DNA of 64,000 nt from Planctomycetota bacterium (GTDB taxonomy: Bacteria > Planctomycetota > JAJSAM01 > JAJVHW01), in assembly GCA_965248445.1 (NCBI GenBank), contig CBDFJG010000004.1, forward strand, positions 1,408,001 through 1,472,000, in the 5' to 3' direction. Positions 20,356 to 29,854 of this stretch are shown here, piece after piece. Positions within the stretch are counted from its first letter, which is position 1. Each line of letters starts with the position of its first letter. Below the pieces are notes generated by a model that was not told the origin of the DNA, did not search any database, and worked only from the letters and a program-made list of their open reading frames with translations. The translations under genes were made by a program, and so were the position numbers.

Positions 20356-20391
20356 AGGGTCCGACGCGAGCTTTCGCGTCGGACCCTTTTT
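20356..20391 (+). terminator. Intrinsic terminator
   Basis: AGGGTCCGACGCGA-gctt-TCGCGTCGGACCCT followed by a T run. Confidence 0.85.
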
Positions 20392-20718
20392 CTATGATCC
20401 CCTCGCCGGAGTCTGTCCCGCAGACGTGACGCTTCGTGCGTGGCGCGCGTGCGCACGCCACGCACGTGTCTCGACCGTCGCGAACAGCCTCGAATTCGGC
20501 CGGTACCAGGGGCGACGAACATCCGTATTCAGACTCGGGAGCTAGTCCAACTCGGCAGTGTCGGCGTGTGGCGTGCGGTCATGAGGGCGGTTGTGTTGAG
20601 AGAGGCCGGGGTGAGAGGGCGCCGCGTAACAGAGCATGGGGCGAGCGCGATCGCGCCATCCGCGTCGGCGGATGGCCCAGACACGCGGGGCCCAGACGCG
20701 CGGGGCGTGGTCTAGACC

Positions 20719-21777
20719 GTGGCGATCCTCGACTTCTGGGACCGCTTCCTGGGCGCGTTCTCCGTCGACATGGGCATCGACCTCGGGACGGCGAACACGC
20801 TGGTCAGTCTTCGCGGCGAGGGCATCGTGCTCAACGAGCCGTCGGTCGTCGCGGTCAAGAAGGGCACGAACGAGATCGCCGGCGACGGGCAGGCCGTCGG
20901 CTGGGCCGCCAAGGAGATGCTCGGGAAGACCCCCGGGCACATCGACGCCATCCGCCCGCTGAAGGACGGCATGATCGCCGACTTCGAGGTCACCGAGGCG
21001 ATGCTGCGGTACTTCATCAAGAAGGTGCACAACCAGCGGGCCTTCGTCCGGCCGCGAATGGTCATCGCGATCCCCGGCGGTGGGACGCGGATGGACAGGC
21101 GCGCGGTCATCGAGTGTGCGGAGCGCGCCGGCGCTCGGAAGGTCTTCCTCGTCTCGGAGCCCCTGGCCGCAGCGATCGGCGTCGGACTTCCGATCACGGA
21201 GCCCACCGGCTGCATGATCTGCGACATCGGCGGTGGCACGACCGAGGTCGCCGTCATCTCCCTGGCGGGGGTCGTCGGCTCCGCCTCGGTGCGCGTCGCC
21301 GGCGACGAGTGCGACGAGGCGATCATGAAGTTCATGCGCCGACGCTACGACCTGCTGATCGGCGAGCAGAGTGCCGAGCGCATCAAGATCGCGATCGGGA
21401 GCGCGTATCCCCTCCGAAAGGAGATGAGCATGGAGGTCAAGGGCCGCGACCTCCAGAGCGGTCTGCCCCGCAAGACGGTCGTGGAGTCCGAGGAGATCCG
21501 CGAGGCGCTCGCCGAACCGGTCTCGTACATCGTCGGGGCCATCAAGACGACCCTTGAGTCGACTCCTCCAGAGATCTCCGCCGATCTCGTGGACCTCGGC
21601 ATCGTGCTGGCCGGGGGCGGCGCGCTGACCCGCGGCATCGACCGCGTCATCTCGGAGCAGACCGGCCTGCCGGTTCGCGTCGCGAAAGACCCGCTCACTG
21701 CGGTGGCGCGCGGCACGCAGGTGTTCCTCGACGACCTCGACAGATTCCGGTCGCTGATGTCGGCCGCCGGGGAGTGA
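20719..21777 (+). CDS. mreB: Rod shape-determining protein MreB
   Basis: GIDLGTANT, NEPSVVA, RPLKDG.IADF, DIGGGTTE, GGGAL. Confidence 0.97.
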   Translation: MAILDFWDRFLGAFSVDMGIDLGTANTLVSLRGEGIVLNEPSVVAVKKGTNEIAGDGQAVGWAAKEMLGKTPGHIDAIRPLKDGMIADFEVTEAMLRYFIKKVHNQRAFVRPRMVIAIPGGGTRMDRRAVIECAERAGARKVFLVSEPLAAAIGVGLPITEPTGCMICDIGGGTTEVAVISLAGVVGSASVRVAGDECDEAIMKFMRRRYDLLIGEQSAERIKIAIGSAYPLRKEMSMEVKGRDLQSGLPRKTVVESEEIREALAEPVSYIVGAIKTTLESTPPEISADLVDLGIVLAGGGALTRGIDRVISEQTGLPVRVAKDPLTAVARGTQVFLDDLDRFRSLMSAAGE

Positions 21778-21955
21778 TCGTGCCGTCCGGCGTCGTCGGG
21801 TCCCCGCGGCGGTCCGGCGGAACGGCACCGACGCGAACAGCACCGCCGAGAACTGGGGCCGCAACGAAATGCGTCGCCCAAGGCGGCGCGGGCGATGAGA
21901 ATCCACGTTCCCCCAAGGACGTGCGCGCTTCCTGCCAGATTGACGATCCAGGCAG

Positions 21956-22852
21956 ATGAGAGCAGACCCGTCCCGCCGAGCCGTTCTCCTCCTCCTCTGC
22001 TGTCTCGTCGTCGCACTCGTCTTTCCGCGTGCGTGCGGTGAGACGCGTGTCGGGCTCGGGAGCCTCCTTCCCGCGACCGCCGAGTTGACGGCGGGCACCG
22101 AGGCGGATCCCGACACCGATTGGACCGAGGCGCTGGTGCGGCACACCGACCACGTGCGGCGCCTCCGCGAGCGGCTCGCCGCCCGACCGGAGGTGCTTCC
22201 GGCGAGTCTCTCGAACGTCCAGTTCGTCGAGCCCGCGCAGGACGTCGTGCGCGCCGTGCCCGCGCGCCTGCTGCATCGCGACGCGGGCAGCATCCGGCGT
22301 TCGTACGTCATCGATGCGGGCAGCGACCAGGGCGTGTACCGAGGACTGGCCGCCGCGCACGGAGAGTCTCTCGTCGGCGTCATCCACGTCGCCGGCCGCG
22401 GCGCCTCGCGTGTCTTGCGGGTCGACGATCCGGCGAAGACGAACGTGTACCCCGCGGAGATCATCCCACGCGCGCTCTTCGACGCGTTGCGCGGCCGCGC
22501 TGATGCCGGGCCGGAGACTGGGCTCGACTCTGGGCCGGACAGTGGTCCGGAGAACGGGCCGGACACGCGTCCGACGGGAGTCTGTCGTGGCGCAGGCGAC
22601 GGCACCCTGATCGTCGGGCACCTGGCGGCATCGGATGCGCAGCCGGGGGACATCGCCGTGACCGGACCCGGCCGACTCGGAGTGTCGTCCGGACTCGTGC
22701 TCGGTCGGGTCACGCGCGTGCACGACGACGACCGGGACGGTGTGTACGAGGCGACCGTTGAACCGTTGCGCAACCTCGACACGATCGCCGCCGTGCTCGT
22801 GTACGTGCGGCCGCCGCTCGACCCGGCCCTGCGTCCGGCAGGTGCGAAGTGA
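21956..22852 (+). CDS. mreC: Rod shape-determining protein MreC (divergent)
   Basis: IDAGSDQGV, LVG, GD..VTG, GLVLGRV; position after mreB. Confidence 0.85.
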   Translation: MRADPSRRAVLLLLCCLVVALVFPRACGETRVGLGSLLPATAELTAGTEADPDTDWTEALVRHTDHVRRLRERLAARPEVLPASLSNVQFVEPAQDVVRAVPARLLHRDAGSIRRSYVIDAGSDQGVYRGLAAAHGESLVGVIHVAGRGASRVLRVDDPAKTNVYPAEIIPRALFDALRGRADAGPETGLDSGPDSGPENGPDTRPTGVCRGAGDGTLIVGHLAASDAQPGDIAVTGPGRLGVSSGLVLGRVTRVHDDDRDGVYEATVEPLRNLDTIAAVLVYVRPPLDPALRPAGAK

Positions 22853-22862
22853 GGTCGCTCGG

Positions 22863-23360
22863 GTGAAGTGGAGGCGGGCACTGTTGGTTCTCGCGCTTGT
22901 CGCGTGGCTCCCGCTGATCGTCCCCACGGCGTGGCGGCTCTACGGCGCCTACCCGGATCTCGCTTTGCTCGCGGTCCTGTTCGTCGCGCTCCGGCGCGGG
23001 CGCGAGGACGCGGCGTTCACGGGCGTTGTGCTCGGTCTCCTGGGCAGCCCATTCACCGCGAGTGCGCTCGGGCTCGACGCGTTCTTGCTCGGCGGCATTG
23101 GCTTCGTGGTGGGGCACTTGCGCCGTGAACTGCATGGGGACCACTGGCATGTGCAGGCAGTGCTCATCGTCGTGTCTTCGCTCGCCGTACGGCTGATACC
23201 TCTGGCGACGGGCACGGCAGAGGGCGCCCTGCTGAACGCGGCCGTCCCGGCGTTGCTTGCAGCGGTCGGGACGCTGCTCGCCGCTCCGCCGGTGTTCGTG
23301 CTGCTCTCTGCGCTGCGGCTGCTGCGGGGCACGCCGGAGTCGGAGGTGGCGCATGTATGA
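22863..23360 (+). CDS. mreD: Rod shape-determining protein MreD
   Basis: Hydrophobic protein with PDL.LL motif; position between mreC and PBP2. Confidence 0.82.
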   Translation: MKWRRALLVLALVAWLPLIVPTAWRLYGAYPDLALLAVLFVALRRGREDAAFTGVVLGLLGSPFTASALGLDAFLLGGIGFVVGHLRRELHGDHWHVQAVLIVVSSLAVRLIPLATGTAEGALLNAAVPALLAAVGTLLAAPPVFVLLSALRLLRGTPESEVAHV

Positions 23361-25497
23361 GCTGCGCCTGCGCTGGCTGTGCGGCGTGTTCCTGCTCGTC
23401 CTCGGCGTGATCGGCGTGCGCGCGTTCGCTGTACAGGTGGCCGACGCCGGCGATCACGTCACGGCGTTCCGTGACCGTCAACTACGGTCGTTCTCGGTCC
23501 TGCCGCACCGCGGGGACATCCTGTTCGCCGACGGCACGAGGATGGCGTGGAACGTGCCGGGGTTCGCCCTCGAGGTTGCGTTCGAGGACTTCGACGACCG
23601 GTCGCTCCCGACCTCCGCCGTCCTCGACGACTCGTTCCGCAGGCGACTCGACCTCGACCGGCAGGAGGAGCGCGAGCGCCTCGAGCGGTGCGTCACTCCG
23701 GCTGAGCGAGAGCGCGTCGCACGCCAGCTCGTCGCTACTCGCGACGCGCGCGAGAAGCGGCGCGCCGAGATGGTGGCCGACACCGACGGGCTGGCGACGC
23801 GCGTCACGAAGGGCGGACTCGGTCTGCTCTGGGAGTGCGGCCGGTGCGGACGCCGCGTCAAGGACACGCAGGCGCCGAAGGCGAAGTGCCGGCAGTGCGG
23901 AACGCGCGGCGCGTTCGCGCTGTTGCCGCCGCTCGACCTGGACGAGCTGGCACGTGTCCTCGAGACAGACGTGGCGACGGTCAGAGCGAGTCTCGTGCGC
24001 GCGCTCCGCCGGCGGAGTGCCACGCCGACGCATCGCCTGCACGCGTTCATGCTGCGCATCCCGCCGGAGGCCGCCAAGACGATCGCGGCGTTTCCGCAGC
24101 GCTTTCCCGGTCTCGAAGTTCGTGCCCGGAGGGCGCGGGAGACCCACGACGCCGCGCGCTCGATCGCGGGGAGCACTCGCTTGCCCACGCGCGAGGACCT
24201 CGTCCGGCTGACGGGGAAGCGCCGCGCGGACAGCGGTCTTCACGTCTACTCCGCGACGGAGGTCTACCAATCGCTGATGGGCGCGACGTTCCTCGAGCGC
24301 CGCTGGGACGAGCAACTGCGCGGCGTGCCGGGCCGTGCGAGCCGCGTCCTCGAGGAGAGCGGGCGCTACAGCGCCGAGTTCACGAACGTGCAGGATGTCG
24401 TCGACGGCGCCGAACTCCGCACGTCGATCCGGCCGGCGTTGCAGGCGACGGCGTCGGAGATCCTCGAGCAGGCGCCGGACAACGGTCACGGCGCCGCGGT
24501 CGTGCTCGATGTTCGGACGGGCGGCATCCTTGCTCTTGCCTCGACACGGAACGACGGCTACGACCACGCGCGCTCGCACGTCGTCCCGGGATCGGTGTTC
24601 AAGCTCGTCACGGCGTTCGCGTTCCTGCGCGAGGGAGGTGACTCGGACGAGACGCGGTACTGCTCCGGCGACAGCCGCACGCCGCGCGGCCGTAGGACGC
24701 ACTGCGAGTGGGAGCACGGAGAGGTGGCCCTCCAAGAGGCGTTCCAGCGTTCCTGCAACCGCTACTTCTCGACCATGGCCGAGCGCGTGGGTGTGCAGCC
24801 GATGGCTGATGCGTGCCGGATCCTCGGCATGCAGCGCAACCACGACATCGGCATGGAGACGTGGGAGCAGGTCGCGAGCCTGCGCAGCACGGTGGGCGTC
24901 GCGGGACTCGCGTTCTGCGGCCCCAAGCAGCCGAAGGGACCCCGCGGCTGGGAAGCGGCGGACATGTTCTACATCGGGATCGGGCAGGGCAAGGCGTCGT
25001 GCTCGCCGCTGCAGATGGCCGTGGCGTACGCGCGTGCGGCGTCCGGAGGCCGGATGGTGCAGCCCTGGATTGCCCAGCCGATGACCACGAAACGGTCGTT
25101 CGACATCGACCCCGAGCTGGCGGCCGCGGCACCCATGTTGCGCGACGCGGCCCGGCTCGTGGTGACGATCGGTACGGGCAGGAAGGTCGGAGGCCTCGCG
25201 AGGGCTCGCGCCGCGGGCAAGTCGGGCACGGCCGAGGTCGACCTCATGGTCCCGGGCAAGGACGGCACACGGGTGCCCGCGCGGCGCAACAACACATGGT
25301 TCGTCGGTTACGCGCCCCACGATGACCCGCAGTACGTCGCGGTGGTCGTGTTCGAGAGCATGCCGAGTGGCGCACACGGCGCGAGCACGGTCGGCAAGCA
25401 CGTCGCAGCGCTCCTACTCGAGGCTGTTGGCGAGGCAGTGGAGTCATCGGGCGGGGCGGTGGACGAGGCGGCGGGCGAGGACGGCAATGACGACTGA
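23353..25497 (+). CDS. mrdA: Penicillin-binding protein 2 (class B transpeptidase) with N-terminal insertion
   Basis: TM, P.RGDI..ADG, catalytic motifs PGSVFK / SCN / KSG, WFVGYAP. Confidence 0.9.
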   Translation: MYELRLRWLCGVFLLVLGVIGVRAFAVQVADAGDHVTAFRDRQLRSFSVLPHRGDILFADGTRMAWNVPGFALEVAFEDFDDRSLPTSAVLDDSFRRRLDLDRQEERERLERCVTPAERERVARQLVATRDAREKRRAEMVADTDGLATRVTKGGLGLLWECGRCGRRVKDTQAPKAKCRQCGTRGAFALLPPLDLDELARVLETDVATVRASLVRALRRRSATPTHRLHAFMLRIPPEAAKTIAAFPQRFPGLEVRARRARETHDAARSIAGSTRLPTREDLVRLTGKRRADSGLHVYSATEVYQSLMGATFLERRWDEQLRGVPGRASRVLEESGRYSAEFTNVQDVVDGAELRTSIRPALQATASEILEQAPDNGHGAAVVLDVRTGGILALASTRNDGYDHARSHVVPGSVFKLVTAFAFLREGGDSDETRYCSGDSRTPRGRRTHCEWEHGEVALQEAFQRSCNRYFSTMAERVGVQPMADACRILGMQRNHDIGMETWEQVASLRSTVGVAGLAFCGPKQPKGPRGWEAADMFYIGIGQGKASCSPLQMAVAYARAASGGRMVQPWIAQPMTTKRSFDIDPELAAAAPMLRDAARLVVTIGTGRKVGGLARARAAGKSGTAEVDLMVPGKDGTRVPARRNNTWFVGYAPHDDPQYVAVVVFESMPSGAHGASTVGKHVAALLLEAVGEAVESSGGAVDEAAGEDGNDD

Positions 25498-26701
25498 CTC
25501 GCTGCGCGCCGCCGTTCCCTCCCGCGCCCTCTACCTGCTGCGCGCATTCGATGGGCGCGTGCTGCTCCCCGCGATCGTACTGGTGTTCATCGGGCTCGTT
25601 TCGCTCGCGGCGGATCAGCCCGAGCGGCTGGAGACGCAGGCCGGCGGCGCGGTCGTCGGGCTGTGTGCGTTCGTCGCGGTCGTACTGCTGCCGTACCGGC
25701 GGCTGGTTCAGCTCGCGTACCCGTTCTATGCGTTCAGCTTGCTGCTTCTGCTCGCCCTGTTCGTGCCGGGTCTCGGGCGCACGGCCAACAATGCGACGCG
25801 GTGGCTCGAGATCGGCCCCATCGGTCTGCAACCGAGCGAACTCGCGAAGGTCGCCGTGGTCTTTGCGCTCGCGCGCTACATCCGCTTCCGGCAGGACCAC
25901 CGCACCTTCCGTGGCCTGCTGATCCCGTTTCTGCTCACACTGGTTCCGCTCGCGCTGATCGTGAAGCAACCGGACCTCGGCACCGCGCTGATGCTCGTGC
26001 CCGTGCTGTTCCTCATGCTGTGGGCAGCCGGTGCGCGACCGCGGCACCTGTTGACGGTCTGTGCGCTCGGCGTGCTGTCTCTTCCATTGCTGTATGCGGT
26101 TGCGCTCAAGCCGTATCAGCAGAAGCGCGTGCGCACGTTCGCGCAGCCCGTGACGCAGATGGTGGCGAGCGCCGTCTCGTCCGCCGTGCCGATCGCGACG
26201 CCGGTTCCGCTGGTGTTCGTGGACACGCGCAAGAGCAAGGACGGGATCGATGACTTTCACATCAGCATGTCGCTTGCCGCGGTCGCGGGCGGCGGGCTGT
26301 TCGGACAGGGCTTCCGCGACGGGGAGCTCAATCGCGGCGATTTCGTGCCGGAGTCCTGGACCGACTTCATCTTCTCCGTATGGGCGGAGGAGTGGGGGTT
26401 CGTCGGCGTGATGCTGCTGCTCCTCGCGGAGGCCGGCCTGCTGATCGGCCTGGCTGCCGTCGCCCGCGACGTGAAGGAGCCGTCGGCGCGGCTCCTCGCG
26501 GTCGGCGCACTCGTGCTGCTCGGCTTCCAGGCATGCGTGAACCTGGCGATGACGGTGGGGCTCGCGCCCATCACGGGCCTGCCGCTGCCGTTCCTCTCGT
26601 TCGGTCGGACCTCCATGGTCGCGAGCTGGTTCCTGCTCGGGCTGGCCCTCAACGCCCGCCGCAGCCGTCCGATCGTGTTCGGCAACGCTGATTTCGATTG
26701 A
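25487..26701 (+). CDS. rodA: SEDS glycosyltransferase RodA
   Basis: ATRWL, QPSELAK, QPDLGT, PE..TDFIF, EEWGF, PITGLPLPFLSFG. Confidence 0.94.
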   Translation: MTTDSLRAAVPSRALYLLRAFDGRVLLPAIVLVFIGLVSLAADQPERLETQAGGAVVGLCAFVAVVLLPYRRLVQLAYPFYAFSLLLLLALFVPGLGRTANNATRWLEIGPIGLQPSELAKVAVVFALARYIRFRQDHRTFRGLLIPFLLTLVPLALIVKQPDLGTALMLVPVLFLMLWAAGARPRHLLTVCALGVLSLPLLYAVALKPYQQKRVRTFAQPVTQMVASAVSSAVPIATPVPLVFVDTRKSKDGIDDFHISMSLAAVAGGGLFGQGFRDGELNRGDFVPESWTDFIFSVWAEEWGFVGVMLLLLAEAGLLIGLAAVARDVKEPSARLLAVGALVLLGFQACVNLAMTVGLAPITGLPLPFLSFGRTSMVASWFLLGLALNARRSRPIVFGNADFD

Positions 26702-26733
26702 GCGGAGGCCGCCCGTCGTACGTTCACGAGGGT

Positions 26734-27004
26734 GTGAGTAGCAGGGAACTCCTGGACCGTGGCCGCATCCAAGGGAGCAGAGAGCTGAAGACCGGCCGCA
26801 ACGTCGATCTCGAGGCTGTCGGGCAGGTGCTCGCGGGCGACCGCGAGGCCTTCGGCGACCTCGTGAACCGGTGGCAGGACCGGGTCTACGGGACGATCTT
26901 CCGCATGGTGCGGGACCCCGAACTGGCCCGTGATCTGTCGCAGGAGACGTTCCTGAAGGCCTTCGGCAACCTGGCGAAGTTCCGGGGACAGGCGTCCTTC
27001 GGGA
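26734..27004 (+). pseudogene. ECF sigma factor, region 2 truncated by IS66
   Basis: GDREAFGDLV..., A.DLSQETFLKAF..L..FRGQASF stops at the IS end before the conserved W of region 2; region 4 absent. Confidence 0.88.
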
Positions 27005-28504
27005 GTAACCGTTCACCCCTTGACAGCGTGTGAGCCTCAGCGTGCGACGGGCAGCGGGACCATGACGGGCGGGTCGGCGCCGGTGAGGTGCGCGGCGACC
27101 GAGTCGGCGAGGAAGTCGAAGACTTGGTCGCCACGGCGTCGCAGCGTGGCCGCGGCGGTCAACACGCGCTCGGCGAAGCGGAGTCCGCGAGCGGACTGGC
27201 TTCCGAAGGAGCCCTTGCGCCAGAGCACCGCTTTGCGGACCGCGCGCTCGGCGGCGTTGTTGGTCGGACTCACGTCCTGGGTCCGCGCATAGGTGAAGAG
27301 GGCGACCACGCGGGGGCGCAGATGGTTGGCCAGAGCCGAGTCGTCGTTCGCGATCAGTCGCTCGAGCCGTCCGCGCAGCACAGCGGCTTCGCCTTGCAGC
27401 CGGTCACGGTCGCCGTGCTCACCGAAGAGCCGGTAGCTGCGCATGACCGACTGCGCGATCATGACGCCCTTGTTGCCGAAGCGGCGATGTCCTCGCGGGC
27501 CTTCGGCCAGCGCACGGAAGGCGCGCTCGATGTGCGCCCAGCAGAGCTGGCGGCGGGCAAGTGGGTGTGACTCGTAGGCACCCATCCGGTCGCTGATCAC
27601 CGTGCCACCGAAGCGCCGCCCGATCAGCCGCCCTTTCGCCTTGGCACTGCGGCGGCGATCGATCCCGAAGGCTGTGGCGTGCTCGCTCTCCGCCGCCCAC
27701 AGCCAGCACACCCGGCCCCGTTCCTTCCACGACGTCTCGTCCACGTTGGCTCGCAGCGACGTGCGGACTGCCCCGAGGGCTTCGAGGTACGACGAGTGCA
27801 GAGCGTCACTGAGCCGACGCTCACAGTCGCTGATCTTGCCCAGCGACATCTTCACACCGAAGATCTCACCGAGCAGCCGCTGCGTCTCCCGCACGCTCAC
27901 GCGGTACACGCCGCGCAGCGCGCCGGCAAGTGTGGTCAGCCGCGGACCGAAGGCCCCGGTCGGCACGCCATCGGGCAGGACCGCCGTCGTGACCGCACGA
28001 CAGCGCCGGCACCGCGCCTTGTGCAGCCGGTGCTCCCGCACCGTGACGAGCACGCGCGGGAGCACCGTCACCTGGTGCCGGTACGGATCGCCGATGCCCT
28101 GCTCGAGATCGTCGTGTCCGCACGCGTCGCAGAGGTCGGGACGGTGCTCCTTGGTCTCATCGACGTTGGACGGATCCACCAGCTCGCGCGCCGTGCCCTC
28201 ATGGCCCGGCTGTCCGCCCTGCTTGCGACCGCTACGCGGCCTTCGGCCGCGACGGCGCTTGGACCACGCCGGGTCCGACGACGGAGGCCTCGAGCTGTTG
28301 CGGGAGTCACGCTTCAGACGCGACTCGAGCTCGTCGATGCGGCGCAGATGCTTCGCTTCGCGACGCTCCAACTCCTCGATCCAGGCCAGAAGGCCCTCGA
28401 CCATCGCCCGCAGATCCTCGTCCTGCCGCTCGCCCACAACATCTTGATCGACCGATGGCCGAACGATCTGGATCCTGGCTCGCGACGAAGGGGTGAACGG
28501 TTAC
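27005..28504 (-). mobile_element. IS66-family insertion sequence, single-ORF (ISBst12-like), 1500 bp
   Basis: 17-bp perfect terminal inverted repeats GTAACCGTTCACCCCTT; flanks CTTCGGGA and CTTCCTGC are not a duplication. Confidence 0.93.
27037..28437 (-). CDS. IS66-family DDE transposase
   Basis: Coiled coil, NSSRPPSSD, GGQPGH, Zn ribbon, DET...SD...TNNAAERAVR. Confidence 0.95.
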   Translation of the reverse strand: MGERQDEDLRAMVEGLLAWIEELERREAKHLRRIDELESRLKRDSRNSSRPPSSDPAWSKRRRGRRPRSGRKQGGQPGHEGTARELVDPSNVDETKEHRPDLCDACGHDDLEQGIGDPYRHQVTVLPRVLVTVREHRLHKARCRRCRAVTTAVLPDGVPTGAFGPRLTTLAGALRGVYRVSVRETQRLLGEIFGVKMSLGKISDCERRLSDALHSSYLEALGAVRTSLRANVDETSWKERGRVCWLWAAESEHATAFGIDRRRSAKAKGRLIGRRFGGTVISDRMGAYESHPLARRQLCWAHIERAFRALAEGPRGHRRFGNKGVMIAQSVMRSYRLFGEHGDRDRLQGEAAVLRGRLERLIANDDSALANHLRPRVVALFTYARTQDVSPTNNAAERAVRKAVLWRKGSFGSQSARGLRFAERVLTAAATLRRRGDQVFDFLADSVAAHLTGADPPVMVPLPVAR

Positions 28505-28626
28505 CTTCCTGCCAGTCCGTCAGACTGGCACTCGGGGGTTTCAACAGGTTGACACTCTGCCGACAGCGCGTCCATGGCGTCGCTGAGCAGTGCGCGCAAC
28601 GCGACGATCTCGTCTCGGAGCGTCAC
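28505..28626 (-). pseudogene. Phage ORF truncated by IS66
   Basis: GTG overlaps the upstream stop; MTLRDEIVALRALLSDAMDALSAE...; the stop codon is supplied by the IS end (G TAA). Confidence 0.6.
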
Positions 28627-29273
28627 GGCGCGGCCCTTCGGGCAGCACGGCCGAGCATCCTCTCGGTGCTGATGAAGCCGCTCGGGTCCTCGGTCTTGAT
28701 GCGGCGACGCTGGTTTACCCAGTCGATCGAGCGGCTCCCCGATGACTCGGCAGCGCGATCTCGGTGCACGGCCGATGCCAGGTCCTTCAGCCGGCCGTCC
28801 TTCAAGCGGGACCGGGAGCCGGCCCAGGCAAGAGCGAAGCGACGGGCCTCCCCCTCGTTAGGGGGAGGGGGGGGTTCTGTCCCTGTCCCTGTCCCTGTCA
28901 GAGCTACTTCCGAACGATTTTCGTCACGCGCGCTTCCGTGACGTTTCTTGTCCCGCGCCTTCTTCGCTCGAGCCGGAGATCCCGGATCCTTCTGCCACCT
29001 ATCCCATTTCTGGATCACGTAGTTAGGGCCAACCTGTTCCACCCAACCAAGGGCAGTCAGGGCGCGAAAGAACACACCCTGTCTACGCTTGGAGAGCCCC
29101 GCAAACGCCTCCAGTAGGGGGGCGATGACTGTCCCGTTCACGGTCCCGTTCCAGCCCTCTCGTTTCGAAATCGTCAGCAGAACTACCCAGGAATAGCGGT
29201 GTTCTACGGGGAGGGTCAGGGTCTCCAGGTCCATCGGAAACCCGGTGCTGAGGGCTATCCACTGGCGTGTCAC
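28623..29273 (-). CDS. Putative phage replication initiator-like protein
   Basis: N-terminal WI.L, winged-helix-like G.V...W..WQ, basic linker, GTGTGTE repeat then PPPP; GTG at 29273 overlaps the upstream stop. Confidence 0.6.
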   Translation of the reverse strand: MTRQWIALSTGFPMDLETLTLPVEHRYSWVVLLTISKREGWNGTVNGTVIAPLLEAFAGLSKRRQGVFFRALTALGWVEQVGPNYVIQKWDRWQKDPGSPARAKKARDKKRHGSARDENRSEVALTGTGTGTEPPPPPNEGEARRFALAWAGSRSRLKDGRLKDLASAVHRDRAAESSGSRSIDWVNQRRRIKTEDPSGFISTERMLGRAARRAAP

Positions 29274-29854
29274 CCGGCGCGCTCCCTCGCGCGCTCCTGG
29301 TGGTGCCGACGCAGCCACACGAGGAAGGACTCGTAGTCGCGATCGGACAGGCGAGCGACCCGCCCCTGGACCGACTTGAGCCGCTGGGCGCGCACATGCT
29401 CTATCGCTCCGCCCCACGACTCGATCTCGTAGAGGCGGGGGAAGGCGATCTCCAACGGCCTGCGGTGAGCGCATGGAACCGCGCCAGAGGGCGGGTGGTT
29501 CTGCGTGTTCTCGCACGGCGCTAGCGCGTCGATGAGTGCGGCTTCAAGGTAGCGCACGCAGCGGTGGCGGGTCTCGGTGTAGACGTCCACCCAGAGCATC
29601 GCGCCTGCCGCTTCTGCCGCGAGCAATAGCGTCTTGCCCTCCCACCCCTTCCCGATGTGCGCCGAGATCCGCCACCATTGCCGACGGGTCATGCCGACAT
29701 AGCTACAGACGACCCCGCGCTCATCGGGCCACCGCGCCGAGATCACGTACACGAGGTGGCTGTGGAAACCCAGGTCGGTGATCGTGTGGCGCGTCAGGTC
29801 TTCGCGCGCGGGGCCACCGTAGCAGGGCTCAAGAGACGCAAGCGTCGCGCTCAT
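29270..29854 (-). CDS. GIY-YIG-like nuclease
   Basis: LVYVI...YVGMT...R..H...E..LI...N pattern. Confidence 0.72.
   Translation of the reverse strand: MSATLASLEPCYGGPAREDLTRHTITDLGFHSHLVYVISARWPDERGVVCSYVGMTRRQWWRISAHIGKGWEGKTLLLAAEAAGAMLWVDVYTETRHRCVRYLEAALIDALAPCENTQNHPPSGAVPCAHRRPLEIAFPRLYEIESWGGAIEHVRAQRLKSVQGRVARLSDRDYESFLVWLRRHHQERARERAG

Noticed and set aside
20542..25401. Long antisense ORFs over mreBC and pbp2 (779 aa, 639 aa) and similar shadow ORFs elsewhere
   Set aside because: Low-complexity Arg/Pro/Ala translations with no motifs, opposite well-supported genes
28510..28530. Hairpin TGCCAGTC-N5-GACTGGCA beside the IS end as a functional site
   Set aside because: 8-bp stem with no T tract or second copy; not distinguishable from chance
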